From: an uncultured Chloroflexia bacterium | GTDB lineage: Bacteria; Chloroflexota; Limnocylindria; Limnocylindrales; CSP1-4 | Assembly (NCBI GenBank): GCA_963835845.1 | Contig: CAWIGT010000006.1 | Span: 342,123 to 406,122, forward strand | Direction: 5' to 3' | Length of the DNA: 64,000 bases | Part shown: piece by piece, positions 48,363 through 57,956 of the stretch | Layout: each line of letters begins with the position of its first letter | Numbering within the stretch: the first letter of the stretch is position 1 | Notes under the pieces: generated by a model | What the model was told of the DNA's origin: nothing | Seen by the model: only the letters and a program-made list of their open reading frames with translations | Databases searched by the model: none | Position numbers and translations under genes: made by a program

Positions 48363-48468
48363 CCGTTAGCCTGCGCGCCGTCACGAAGGCGGCATCGCCT
48401 CGCCGCGCCGGCTCGGCGCCGCGATCCGATGCGGCCACAAGGGACCCGTTAGCCGGGCCGTCAGCCTC
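48363..48468. repeat. imperfect direct repeats CCGTTAGCC-N2/5-GCCGTCA(C/G), about 85 bp apart, in the sodN / ferric-reductase divergent region
   Basis: gccgttagcctgcgcgccgtcac at 48362-48384 and cccgttagccgggccgtcagcc at 48445-48466, read from the sequence. Confidence 0.3.
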
Positions 48469-48474
48469 CCGAGA

Positions 48475-48585
48475 TTGACAGCCGGGCCCGGCGCCTCCAA
48501 CACTTGCACACGGCCGAGGCCCCAGCAAAGCTGCCTGCTTGACTCTCGCCTCGCATGACGTCCCGCGCGCCGGAAGGAGACGCTG
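48475..48585 (+). promoter_or_regulatory. putative sodN promoter and 5' leader (consensus TTGACA at 48475-48480; GGAAGGA RBS)
   Basis: Perfect -35 hexamer about 110 bp upstream of the ATG. No convincing -10 was found, so the transcription start is unassigned. Confidence 0.3.
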
Positions 48586-49005
48586 ATGTCCCGTATGAGC
48601 GGCTGGCTGAAGCCCGCCACGACTGTCTACGCGCACTGCGACGTGCCGTGCGGCATATACGACCCGCACCAGGCCGAACTGGCCGCCCGCACGGTAGCTC
48701 GCATGGTCGAGCTGATCGGCCAGCTGCCCAAGGAGAATCCAAGCGAGGCGGACCGCCACAAGCTGGTCCGTTGCATCATGGTCAAGGAGCAGCACGCCGA
48801 GATCGTCAAGCACGAGATCCAGGTCATCTGGAGCGACTACTTCAAGCCGGAGCACGTCGAGCGCTACCCGGACCTGCACGATCGAACCTGGAAGATCCTC
48901 AAGCTCGCGTCGAAGAACAAGCAGAACATCGACGCCGCCGCGGCTGCCGAGCTCGAGGCGGCGGTCAAGGAGTTCGCCGACATCTTCTGGTCGACCAAGA
49001 AGTAG
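48586..49005 (+). CDS. sodN: nickel superoxide dismutase precursor
   Basis: 14-aa propeptide then HCDVPCGIYDP (the Ni-hook His-Cys-x-x-Pro-Cys-Gly-x-Tyr). 139 aa. Confidence 0.9.
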   Translation: MSRMSGWLKPATTVYAHCDVPCGIYDPHQAELAARTVARMVELIGQLPKENPSEADRHKLVRCIMVKEQHAEIVKHEIQVIWSDYFKPEHVERYPDLHDRTWKILKLASKNKQNIDAAAAAELEAAVKEFADIFWSTKK

Positions 49006-49027
49006 CCGACAGGCGAACGCTTTCGAG

Positions 49028-49609
49028 ATGAACGAGACGCCGGAGGACAGCCCTCCGGCGTTCCCGCATGCCCGACCGACGGAGGCCGACTTACGTGCGC
49101 TCGGCTCCGCCGTTCAGCGGCCGCCGGTGGAAGCTCGGGGATTGCCCATGCTCGACGGCCGTGGCGCACCGATCCTCGCCGGAGAGTGGCCCGCGCTCCT
49201 CGCCGAAAAGTGGCGTCGCGCGGGCGGCGGAATATGGCGAGTGGCCGTCGACGAAGAGAGCATGGCCCCGGCTCTGGCCACGGGCGACTGGCTTCTGCTC
49301 GACCCGACCTGCGCTGCGTGGCCTCGTCGTGGCTCGATCGTGGTCTTCCGCGAGCCGGATACCGGCACGCTCGCCATCAAGCGAGTGGCCGCCCGGCCCG
49401 GAGATCGCGTGAGAATCTCGGCCGGAATACTGCACCTGGCCGGCGACGAGGCGTGGCTGCTGGGCGACAACGGGGCCGTCTCGATCGACTCGCGCCGCTA
49501 CGGCCCGGTGCCGCTGGCCGCGCTGGTCGGACGCGCCTGGTTCCGCTACGGGCCGGCCGATCGCCTCGGACCAATTCGCCGGGGAGTGGCGCCTACATCC
49601 GGCCGATGA
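49028..49609 (+). CDS. sodX: Ni-SOD maturation protease (S26 signal-peptidase family)
   Basis: Directly downstream of sodN. S26 motifs SMAPAL (Ser nucleophile), KRV (general base) and GDNGAVSIDSR. 193 aa. Confidence 0.8.
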   Translation: MNETPEDSPPAFPHARPTEADLRALGSAVQRPPVEARGLPMLDGRGAPILAGEWPALLAEKWRRAGGGIWRVAVDEESMAPALATGDWLLLDPTCAAWPRRGSIVVFREPDTGTLAIKRVAARPGDRVRISAGILHLAGDEAWLLGDNGAVSIDSRRYGPVPLAALVGRAWFRYGPADRLGPIRRGVAPTSGR

Positions 49610-50546
49610 CCTCGCGAGCGACGAGTTCGATCATCGGGTAGTCACGCGGCAACAGGTCCTGCAGGACCATGCTCTGCGCCCCGGCCGCGGCGAAGCGGGC
49701 GACCATCGCCCGGGCCTGGTCCGGTGTTCCGGCGACCCAGTTCGGCCGACGCGAGTCCAGCCAGGCCTTCGCGTCGCCGCCCGCTTCCCCGACCATCGCC
49801 AGCTGGCGCCCAACCCGGGCCTCGAGTTCGGCCTCGTCGGCGCCGACGAGGAACCCGGCCATCGACGATCGGCGCAACGTCCCCGGATCGCGGCCGATCT
49901 TGCGGCACTCGACGTCCAGCTGGGCATTCATCTCCGCGCACCGCTCCGGGCTGCCGCCGCTGATGTTGTATTCGTCCGCATAACGAGCGGCCAGACGCAG
50001 CGATCTCGGGCTTCCTTCGCCGCCGACGATGATCGGGGGATGCGGCCGCTGAACCGGTTTGGGATGAAACGCGGCCGACTCGACGCGGACCTGCTTGCCC
50101 TCGAACGACCAGCCGTCGGGCTCCTCCCACAATCCGTGCAGGATGGCCAGCTCGTCTTCGAGCAGATCGGCCCGATCGCTTATCTCGGCGAAGCTCATCC
50201 CGAGCTGGGCGTGCTCGGCCGCGTTCCAGCCTGCCCCGACGCCCACCTCGACGCGGCCGCCGCTCATCTCGTCGACGGTGGTCACGACTTTGGCGAACGA
50301 CCCCGGATGGCGGAACGTGACCGGGGAGACGAGCGCGCCGATGCGGATCGTTTTGGTATCGCGGGCAAGACCGGCCAGAACCGCCCACGCATCCGTGGTC
50401 GGTTTATCGGCAGGCCCGGGAAAGCTGCGGTAGTGGTCCGACCGGAAGAACCGGTCGAAACCGAGGCGTTCGGCGAGAAGCGCGTGCTCGAGCTGTTCGG
50501 CGTAGCTGAGCCCTTGCTGCGGCTCGATCATGAGCGCAAATCGCAT
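49593..50546 (-). CDS. LLM-class (luciferase-like) F420-dependent oxidoreductase
   Basis: ATG verified at 50544-50546 with GGAGG. 317 aa TIM-barrel LLM pattern (MIEPQQG, GAGWNAAEH). Confidence 0.7.
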   Translation of the reverse strand: MRFALMIEPQQGLSYAEQLEHALLAERLGFDRFFRSDHYRSFPGPADKPTTDAWAVLAGLARDTKTIRIGALVSPVTFRHPGSFAKVVTTVDEMSGGRVEVGVGAGWNAAEHAQLGMSFAEISDRADLLEDELAILHGLWEEPDGWSFEGKQVRVESAAFHPKPVQRPHPPIIVGGEGSPRSLRLAARYADEYNISGGSPERCAEMNAQLDVECRKIGRDPGTLRRSSMAGFLVGADEAELEARVGRQLAMVGEAGGDAKAWLDSRRPNWVAGTPDQARAMVARFAAAGAQSMVLQDLLPRDYPMIELVAREVIGRM

Positions 50547-50867
50547 TTGCCGGCCTCCGTGAGCTGCTGAATCGGGGAAATTGCGGAATCTCAGTGTGAA
50601 CAATCATCTCGCGCAACGCTACAAAGCACTTTCGTGGTGCAAGAAGTCGCGCGCCCCGGTAGACTTCGCCCGTTCCGTCGGAATCAGGGGCCGATGGTTC
50701 TGACGGGGCCGACAGACATTGCCGCGGTCCTTCAGCGTGCTTACTCCTACAGGCGGGCCGGCCCCCCCTCACCGGCCCGCCTCTTTCTTTGCCTCGAGTC
50801 GATCTGCCGCGGTCGTGCGCGCCCGGCCTGCTGCGCCGCGACGCCAACTCGGGTCATACTTTTGACC

Positions 50868-52001
50868 ATGCTCGAGAGACCGGTCCCGCCCAATCCGCCG
50901 CTGAGCGACGGCGTCGTAGTGCTCCGGCCTCTCCGCGCCGAAGACGCGTCGGCCATCACCGCCGCCTGCCAGGATCCGGAGATCCAGCGCTGGATCCCGC
51001 TCATCCCGGTCCCGTACGCCGAAGCCGACGCCCGCCGGTTCATCCTCATGACCCTGCAAGCCTGGCACGACGGCACGGGCTTTGAGTTCGCCATCGTCGA
51101 CGCCGCCACGGACCTGTATGTCGGTTCGATCGGGCTGCACGCCGGTCGCAATCCCAGGCGGTATGCCGTCGGCTATCTGGTGGCGCCGGAGGCGAGACGG
51201 CACGGGTACGCAGTCCGGGCCTTGCGCCTGATCACGCGCTGGGGCTTCGATCGCCTGGCCATCGAGCGGCTGGCCCTCTGGACGCTGCCGGGCAACTCCG
51301 CCTCACAGGCCGTTGCCGAGAAAGCCGGCTTCCGCTTCGAGGGGCTGGCCCGAAACTGGGAGGCGGATCGAGAGGAACGCCCGATCGACGCGGTCATGTT
51401 CTCCATGACGCCGGACGAGCTGGCCGAGGCTGTGGCGGCCGAAGCGGCCGAGCCGGTTGCGGATGCGGCCGACCCGGTTGTGGCCGAGGGACCCGAAGGC
51501 TCGCCGTCCGCGCCACGGCCGGTGATCGCAGTCGTGCCTCGGGAGTTGCGAGCTCCCGGCACGCGGGCCGCTCCGTTCGTCGAGATCGCCCGTATCGCGG
51601 ACCTCGGCCGCGGCCACATGGGCCGCGTGACTCGCGCTGACCTGGACCTGCTGGTCGCCTGGACCGACGACGGCATCGTGGTGACGGACGACCGCTGCCC
51701 GCACATGTCGGCGCCTCTCAGCATCGGGGAACTGGCAGGATGCGTGGTCTCGTGCCCCCTCCATGAAGGGCGCTTCGACCTGATCACGGGCGAGACGGTC
51801 CAGATGCCGACGACCGGTGGATTGGATGCGGACGGCGACTACCACCGGCCCTGGTCCCCCACCGGCGCAGAGCCAAAGCCGGAGCCTCCGTCCAAGAAGC
51901 TCGAAGCGCGACGGCTCACGAGAGTCCACAGGCTCCGCTACTACCCGATCCGGATTCGCGACGGCCGGCTGGAAGCGCAACTCCCGATACTGCCCGAGTA
52001 G
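50868..52001 (+). CDS. GNAT acetyltransferase (RimJ/RimL-like) fused to a C-terminal Rieske [2Fe-2S] domain
   Basis: ATG at 50868. GNAT core (HGYAVRALRLITRWGF...NSASQAVAEKAGF), Ala/Glu/Pro linker, then Rieske CPHMSAPL...CPLHEGRF. No in-frame ATG for a separate Rieske gene. Confidence 0.6.
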   Translation: MLERPVPPNPPLSDGVVVLRPLRAEDASAITAACQDPEIQRWIPLIPVPYAEADARRFILMTLQAWHDGTGFEFAIVDAATDLYVGSIGLHAGRNPRRYAVGYLVAPEARRHGYAVRALRLITRWGFDRLAIERLALWTLPGNSASQAVAEKAGFRFEGLARNWEADREERPIDAVMFSMTPDELAEAVAAEAAEPVADAADPVVAEGPEGSPSAPRPVIAVVPRELRAPGTRAAPFVEIARIADLGRGHMGRVTRADLDLLVAWTDDGIVVTDDRCPHMSAPLSIGELAGCVVSCPLHEGRFDLITGETVQMPTTGGLDADGDYHRPWSPTGAEPKPEPPSKKLEARRLTRVHRLRYYPIRIRDGRLEAQLPILPE

Positions 52002-52073
52002 CCCGGCATTCGGGCCGCGGCCCGGGCCGCATGCCGGCGGGCAACCGGCCGGGTCGACTCTCGCCCGGCGAAC

Positions 52074-53017
52074 TCAGGCGCGGTCGACGATGGCCTCGTC
52101 CGTGGCGCGCTCGTTCGACGCCTCGGTCAGCCAGGCGCAGGCCTGTTCCATGTCGTCCGTGCAGCGCATCAAATCCAGGTCCGCAAGACCCACGTTTCCG
52201 TGCGCGACGGCCTCGCTGCGAAGCCAGTCGAGCAAGCCTCGCCAATACTCGCGCCCGATCAGCACCACCGGGAAGTGGCGGATCTTGCCGGTCTGGATCA
52301 GCGTCAGCGACTCGAACAGCTCGTCGAGCGTGCCGTAGCCGCCGGGGAAGATGGCGAATCCGTCGGCGTACTTCACGAACATCGTCTTGCGGGCGAAGAA
52401 GTAGCGGAACTCGACGCCGAGGTCCACGTACGGATTGACCGCCTGCTCGTGCGGCAACTCGATGTTGCAGCCGATCGACAGGCCGCCGGCTTCGTGGCAG
52501 CCGCGGTTGGCCGCCTCCATGATGCCCGGGCCGCCGCCGGTGATCACCGCGAAGCCCTCTTCGGCGAGGAGTCCGGCCGAGCTCGCGGGCCTGGGCGTAG
52601 TACGGGTCGCCTTCGTGGCATGCGCGCCGAGCCGAAGATCGTGACGGCCTTGCCGACGGCCGCCAGCGCGTCGAAGCCTTCGACGAACTCCGCCAGGATG
52701 CGCAGCGAGCGCCACGGATCGGAGTCGAGGAAGGCCGGGCGAGCGCTCGAGGCGAGCAGCCGCTCGTCTTCGGTCCGGGCATGGACGGTCAACATCTCCG
52801 CCGCCTTGGGGCGGTATGTGACGCGACCGCTGCGACGCCGGTCGTGGCCGTTGCCGTTGCCATTGCCGTGGCCGTTGGCGCTCACAGGAACGCCGGGCTC
52901 CGGGGTTGTGGCCTGTTGAGCGTCCGGCTGGTCCTTGTCCGGCCTGGCACCGTCCGCTCTTCCTGATTGCGAGTGAGGCATTCTGAGACTCCTGATCGTA
53001 CGAGGAGAGGATGCCAC
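52074..53017 (-). pseudogene. LOG-family (cytokinin riboside 5'-monophosphate phosphoribohydrolase-like) gene with two +1 frameshifts
   Basis: TIFGSAR, then HEGDPYYAQARELGR, then LLAEEGFAVITGGGPGIMEAANRG...PGGYGTLDELFE in three successive frames. Single-base insertions near 52570 and 52610. N-terminal (GN)n low-complexity tract. Confidence 0.65.
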
Positions 53018-53182
53018 GGCCGTGACCCCTCTGTTCGGGCGACTCAGGAGGGATCGGTTGGCGAGTCCGTTTGATCACCCCCCGGAACGGGTACCGTGAA
53101 GGATCGCGGGAACCTCGCCTGTGCTCGCAATCAGACCCAAATCAAGTTGTCGAGATCGACCCTCTGGCCTTCGGACCGGCCC

Positions 53183-53560
53183 TCAGGTCTTGGTCGGGCC
53201 TGCGAGCCAGCTCTTCCAGGTGGCTTCGGCCGGGCCGGCGGTGAAGGCGTTGCCGAAACGGACCAGCGGCAAGCGGAGAAGTCCGTTGCTCGCGAGAAGG
53301 CGGGCCACTATCTCGTCGTCGTCGAGCCTCATGTAGGCCAGGCCCAGCTCCTTGTACGGCCGGCCGTCCGTGTCGAGCAGGGCAGCGGCACCGAGACGCT
53401 CCACGAAACGGCGCAACTCGCCGGGCGCGATCGGCTTGCGCCTCAGGTCCACGAAGGTGACGTTGACGCGGCGCTCCTTGAAGAACCGCTGCGCGGCCTG
53501 GGTCGGGCGCGAATCCACCAGGCCGAACATCTGGACGGTTGGACCTTGCTGCGCCGGCAT
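53183..53560 (-). CDS. ArsC/Spx-family (YffB-like) thioredoxin-fold protein
   Basis: About 125 aa from an internal ATG. VQMFGLVDSRPTQAAQRFF...NVTFVDL core. The upstream ORF extension was rejected. Confidence 0.55.
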   Translation of the reverse strand: MPAQQGPTVQMFGLVDSRPTQAAQRFFKERRVNVTFVDLRRKPIAPGELRRFVERLGAAALLDTDGRPYKELGLAYMRLDDDEIVARLLASNGLLRLPLVRFGNAFTAGPAEATWKSWLAGPTKT

Positions 53561-53660
53561 TGGAAAAGCGTAGCGGCCCGGGCGGCGCTGGGGCAGCCCA
53601 TCACACACTCCCCTCCCCAGCGAGCTTCGTGGCGGGTACCATCCCCGCAGGAGGTGTCGA

Positions 53661-53942
53661 GTGGTCTGGTTCACGGTTGAGTTGAGCGACAAGCCGGGTT
53701 CTCTGGCGAAGATGGCGGCCGCGCTCGGCGACCGCGGCATAAACATCGGCGCCATCGTCGGCATCGCGGAAGACACCGACGGCGCCCTCATGCTCGCAAC
53801 GAGCGACGCCGAGGGAACGCGCCAGACGTTCGCGGCCCTCAAGCTGGCGTTCGAAGAGCACGACCCGGGGGAAGGCCTCACCCTGGAGGATCATCCGCGC
53901 GTCACTCGGGGCCTGGCGGACCACGGCATGGACGTCGGCTGA
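53661..53942 (+). CDS. small ACT-domain protein
   Basis: 93 aa. FTVELSDKPGSLAKMAAALGDRGINI regulatory-domain pattern. Confidence 0.5.
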   Translation: MVWFTVELSDKPGSLAKMAAALGDRGINIGAIVGIAEDTDGALMLATSDAEGTRQTFAALKLAFEEHDPGEGLTLEDHPRVTRGLADHGMDVG

Positions 53943-53943
53943 G

Positions 53944-54630
53944 ATGGCCCGCCCCGACCAGGCCGCCGCGACCGTCGCCGTTCGGCTCGACTTCGCGGAC
54001 CAGCCGGAAGCGCTCACGGAGATCGTGGCCCAGGTGGCGACAGCCGGTGGCACGCTGCGAACGCTGAGCACGGTGCGGCGCTGGCGGGACGATACCGGGG
54101 CAGCCCTGGTCGAAGTCGAGCTCGAAGTCGAAGGGCTCACAGAAGGCGACGTCACCACGATCCTGGACAAGCTCACGGCTCTGCGCGGCTGCCGGGTCAC
54201 CAAAGCCCTCGACAAGGTCTTCGGCAAGCGCCTCATCGTCATCGGCGGAGGAGCCCAGATCGCCCAGGCGGTCCTCGGAGCGGTCAGCGAAGCGGATCGC
54301 CACAACCTCCGTGGCGAGAAGATATCCGTCGACACCATTCCGCTGGTGGGCGAAGAGAACCTGGCCGCGGCGGTCCGCGCTGTGGCCGACCTCGACCGCG
54401 CGCGTGCCCTGCTCCTGGCCGGTTCCATCATGGGCGGCGACATCACCAGGGCAGTTCAGGAGCTGCAGGCGGTCGGTATCCCCGTGATCTCGCTCAATAT
54501 GGTCGGGACCGTGCCGGACGTGGCGGACCTCGTGGTCACGGACCCGGTTCAGGCCGGAACGATGGCCGTGATGGGCATCGCCGACACGGCCAAGTTCGAT
54601 TTCGCTCGCCAGAAGGGGCGGCGCTACTAG
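53944..54630 (+). CDS. ACT-domain-containing protein with a C-terminal Rossmann-like domain
   Basis: 228 aa, 1-bp gap after the previous gene. N-terminal ACT, then a C-terminal segment with a Rossmann-like glycine motif (LIVIGGGAQIAQAV). Confidence 0.45.
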   Translation: MARPDQAAATVAVRLDFADQPEALTEIVAQVATAGGTLRTLSTVRRWRDDTGAALVEVELEVEGLTEGDVTTILDKLTALRGCRVTKALDKVFGKRLIVIGGGAQIAQAVLGAVSEADRHNLRGEKISVDTIPLVGEENLAAAVRAVADLDRARALLLAGSIMGGDITRAVQELQAVGIPVISLNMVGTVPDVADLVVTDPVQAGTMAVMGIADTAKFDFARQKGRRY

Positions 54631-54634
54631 ACCG

Positions 54635-55468
54635 ATGCGCATCGCGACCTGGAACGTCAACTCGCTGAAAGCCCGCATGGAGCGGGTGGAGGAGTGGCTC
54701 GCCCAGCGCTCGCCGGACGTGCTCCTGATGCAGGAGACCAAGCTGTCGGACGAAGCCGCTCCGGCGATGCCGTTCAGCATGGCCGGCTATGAGCTGCTCC
54801 ACCACGGGGAAGGGCGCTGGAACGGCGTGGCGATAGCGAGTCGCGTCGGGATCGAGGGCGTCGTCACCAACTTCGGCGACGGACCGGTCCGGCGTTCGCC
54901 GGGCGCCGACGCAATCGTGGAGGCGCTCGAGGCCGAGGCTTCGGAGGCGCCCGCCGACGAGGCGCGGATGGTGTCGGCAGTGTGCGGTGGCATTCGCGTC
55001 GTCAGCATCTACGCCCCTAACGGTCGAGCCCTCGATACGCCCTTCTACCGGGCCAAGCTGGCCTGGTTCGAGCGCCTGGCGCGCTGGCTGCACGAAGAAT
55101 GCGATCCGGCCCAACCGGTCGTCATCGGCGGCGATTTCAACGTCGCGCCCGAAGACATCGACGTCTACGACATGGCCGATTTCGCCGGGTCCACCCACGT
55201 GTCCCCGGCCGAACGAGCCGCAGTGGCCGCCCTTCGGGATTGGGGGCTCGTCGACGCGTACAGGCTGCACCATCCGGAACCGGGCAAGTTTTCGTGGTGG
55301 GACTACCGAGCGGGCAACTTCCACAAGGGCCTCGGCATGCGAATCGATCAGCTGTACGTGACCGCTCCGGTGGCCGCGCGCTGTGTCTCAGCCGAGATCG
55401 ACCGAGACGCCAGAAAGGGCAAGCTGCCTTCGGACCACGCCCCGGTCTATATCGACCTCTCCGACTGA
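54635..55468 (+). CDS. xthA: exodeoxyribonuclease III
   Basis: MRIATWNVNSLKAR N-terminus, QETK, GDFNVAP and SDHAPV motifs. 277 aa. Confidence 0.85.
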   Translation: MRIATWNVNSLKARMERVEEWLAQRSPDVLLMQETKLSDEAAPAMPFSMAGYELLHHGEGRWNGVAIASRVGIEGVVTNFGDGPVRRSPGADAIVEALEAEASEAPADEARMVSAVCGGIRVVSIYAPNGRALDTPFYRAKLAWFERLARWLHEECDPAQPVVIGGDFNVAPEDIDVYDMADFAGSTHVSPAERAAVAALRDWGLVDAYRLHHPEPGKFSWWDYRAGNFHKGLGMRIDQLYVTAPVAARCVSAEIDRDARKGKLPSDHAPVYIDLSD

Positions 55469-55509
55469 CGCTCGAAGCTCGCGGCGAAAGCGGCGCGGCC
55501 CGGCGCGGG

Positions 55510-56232
55510 CTACGAGGCGGCCGAGGCCGGCGGCGGCGTCAAGACCCCGGCCGGCGGGATGTTGAGCACCGACCCGATCTTAAGAAGGGCGGGGTTGGTC
55601 ACCTGGGGGTTGGCGGCCAACAGTTCCCATGACTTGAGCCCGTTCTTGAGGGCGATCTTGCTGACCGTGTCGCCTGCCTGAACCTTGTACTGCTTGTAGC
55701 TGATCGCCGGGCCCGCCGGCGTAGGCGTGGCAGCGCTGCCGCTACCCGACGCTACCAGCGACGCGGAAGGCGCGGCGCTGTCGGCGGCCAGACCCGAAGC
55801 GGACTCGCCCGGCGACGTCGATGCACTCGCGATCGGCGCATGGGCACCGTGCCCGCTGATGGCGGGGATCACGACCAGGACGCCCAGGAGCAGAGCCACT
55901 CCGATCGAGGCGATCAGGACCGGCCAGAGTGCCGGCATGGGCCGCCGGTATTCTTCGCGACCCCGCAATCGCGGGTAGTTGTAAGGGCTCGGCGGCTTCT
56001 CCCATGCAGGGTAGCTGGGCAACCGGCTCTTCAGCGCCGCAGCCGGCACCTTCAGGGGAGGCAACGGTTCGCTCTGAGGCTTGAATGAACCGGGCCGTGA
56101 CGCGGCCGGCCCGCCGGGCCGCACCCAGCGGCGCCCCACGCCGGAACCGCTGCCGATCAGCAGATCTGAATCGTCTCCCTCGTCGGCCGGCGAGCGCCTG
56201 AGCTTCGCTTCGATGTCTTCGTCGCGCTTCAT
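55510..56232 (-). CDS. LysM-domain membrane protein (paralog 2)
   Basis: Start at MKRDEDIEAKL with GAGGA 6 nt upstream. TM, Ser/Ala-rich linker, C-terminal LysM (YKVQAGDTVSKIALKNG...GSVLNIP). Confidence 0.6.
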   Translation of the reverse strand: MKRDEDIEAKLRRSPADEGDDSDLLIGSGSGVGRRWVRPGGPAASRPGSFKPQSEPLPPLKVPAAALKSRLPSYPAWEKPPSPYNYPRLRGREEYRRPMPALWPVLIASIGVALLLGVLVVIPAISGHGAHAPIASASTSPGESASGLAADSAAPSASLVASGSGSAATPTPAGPAISYKQYKVQAGDTVSKIALKNGLKSWELLAANPQVTNPALLKIGSVLNIPPAGVLTPPPASAAS

Positions 56233-56464
56233 CGTTCGTCCTCGTGGAGGCGCCGCCGCAGGGTGCCGGACCTGTTTGACGCTCGGACCGGGCCGCCCCG
56301 GGGATGATCCCGCGGGCCAACTCCATCCGCCCGTAGGGTAGCCCAGTCGGCCCGTCAAGGTACAACGGATGAGCCACCGCGCCGCGGCGAAGGTCTCCGG
56401 CGGAGGGGGTCCGTCCCTCTTGCCGCGCTCGATCCGCGTAGCGCGAGGCGGGCCGCGGCCGACG

Positions 56465-57730
56465 CTACCCGGCCGAAGGCAGGTCGACCGGCGCCTGCCA
56501 GACCTCGGCGGCGTGGGTGTCCGGCCAGCCCATCGTGCCGCCGACGAGGAGTGGCCTCGAGCCGAGAACGCACGACAGGCCGGCGCCCGAGAACGTGGCC
56601 TGCTGGGGCAGATGAACCCACGTGCGACCGTCCGTGGAGCGCCACACGACGGCCGAGCCGTTGCCCGCGTCGGAGCGCCAACCGGCCGCGACGAACCCCG
56701 AGCCGTAGGCGGAGACCCCGCTCATGACCATCTGCAGCCCGCCGTTGTCCAGGCCCGGCCCCGAGTCCGCGGCCCAGGCCGAACCGTCCGGCGAGTACCA
56801 GGCTGCGGCGCCCGTCTGATCGGTTCTCTCGCCGACGGCGACCGCGCCGGATCCGTCTGCCACGACCGACAGCATCCGGCCCGCCGCCAGAGCCGGGCTC
56901 GAGACTGCCTGCCAGGTCAGGCCGCCGTCCGTGGACCGCCAGACCGCGGCGGTTCCACGTCGCTCATCCCCGGCAATGCCCACGGCGACGAGCCCGGCCG
57001 CGGTCGTGGCGATGCCGGTCACCTCGCTGGCACCGGCGGGTACCTGGGCGGCGGCGCGAACCCAACTCACACCGTCCGCCGACCGCCAGAACGACGCCGT
57101 CTTCACTGCGGAGGCCGACTCGAAGTAGCCGCCCGCCACGTAGCCCGATGCGTCCGACGCCACGGCCGTGAGCCACTCGGTTGAGCCGGGCGGCGGTGCC
57201 GGCAACGCGCTGAGAGTCCACCCTCCGCCGTCGCCATTCCAAACGGCCGCGTCTCCGCCACTTTCGCCGACTGCGAGAACCGCGCCGCTCGCGTTGGCCA
57301 GGGTGGCGGCCGAGATGATGCTGTCCTGCGGCGCCGGCAGTGTCCCAAGACGCTGCCACGTGGCGCCGTCGGCGGACGTCCAGGCAGCCGCGTGCGAGGG
57401 CGGCTGGTCGTGGCCAAGGGCGAGGAACCCGCCTCTTACCGCCAGGAGCACATCGATGTACGTGCCCACGACGGGGTGGCAGGGCGAACAGAAAACCGGC
57501 GCGTTCGTCGGGGCTGCCTCGATCGAGGCCGGCTGCTCCACTCGCGCAGCGGTCCAGTCGTCGGGGTTCGGCGTGGAAGCGGCAGGCGCGGACGGCGCCG
57601 AGGTAGCGGAAAGGACACTCGGCAACGCCACGGGCGAAGGCCCGGGCGAGCAGGCGGCCGCAGCCAGAGATGTCGCGAGCAGCACCGTCGCGAGGACAGC
57701 CCTGGCTCGAATGGGCGGGGCGAGGCGCAT
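56465..57730 (-). CDS. BNR/Asp-box repeat lipoprotein (beta-propeller, sialidase-like fold)
   Basis: Lipobox LAAAAC. Five S-x-D-G-x-x-W repeats (SADGATW, SADGVSW, STDGGLTW, SPDGSAW, STDGRTW). Confidence 0.55.
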   Translation of the reverse strand: MRLAPPIRARAVLATVLLATSLAAAACSPGPSPVALPSVLSATSAPSAPAASTPNPDDWTAARVEQPASIEAAPTNAPVFCSPCHPVVGTYIDVLLAVRGGFLALGHDQPPSHAAAWTSADGATWQRLGTLPAPQDSIISAATLANASGAVLAVGESGGDAAVWNGDGGGWTLSALPAPPPGSTEWLTAVASDASGYVAGGYFESASAVKTASFWRSADGVSWVRAAAQVPAGASEVTGIATTAAGLVAVGIAGDERRGTAAVWRSTDGGLTWQAVSSPALAAGRMLSVVADGSGAVAVGERTDQTGAAAWYSPDGSAWAADSGPGLDNGGLQMVMSGVSAYGSGFVAAGWRSDAGNGSAVVWRSTDGRTWVHLPQQATFSGAGLSCVLGSRPLLVGGTMGWPDTHAAEVWQAPVDLPSAG

Positions 57731-57956
57731 CGACTCAGCCTCCTTCCGCCCTCGAATCTAGCCACGACGCGCCGCGGCGCTCGCGTCTCGACCTCAAGTG
57801 GCACGGACCGCGACAGCCGATCGGCCGGCGGGACTTGGCCCCAGCCGGCCCGAGCCATGTCGGCCGTCTCGGATGAGCCGGTCGGTCTGGATCTGGCTCG
57901 GCAAATCGCGGCCCGCCGGGCGCGCAATCGACCCGGATGGATGGCACTATTCGCGC

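Noticed and set aside
18752-48390. Recurring heptamer CCGTCAC/GTGACGG in several intergenic regions as a shared regulatory motif
   Set aside because: A 7-mer in a 70% GC genome is expected many times by chance. Only the perfect palindrome at 18750-18766 is statistically notable, so the shared-motif idea was downgraded to a remark.
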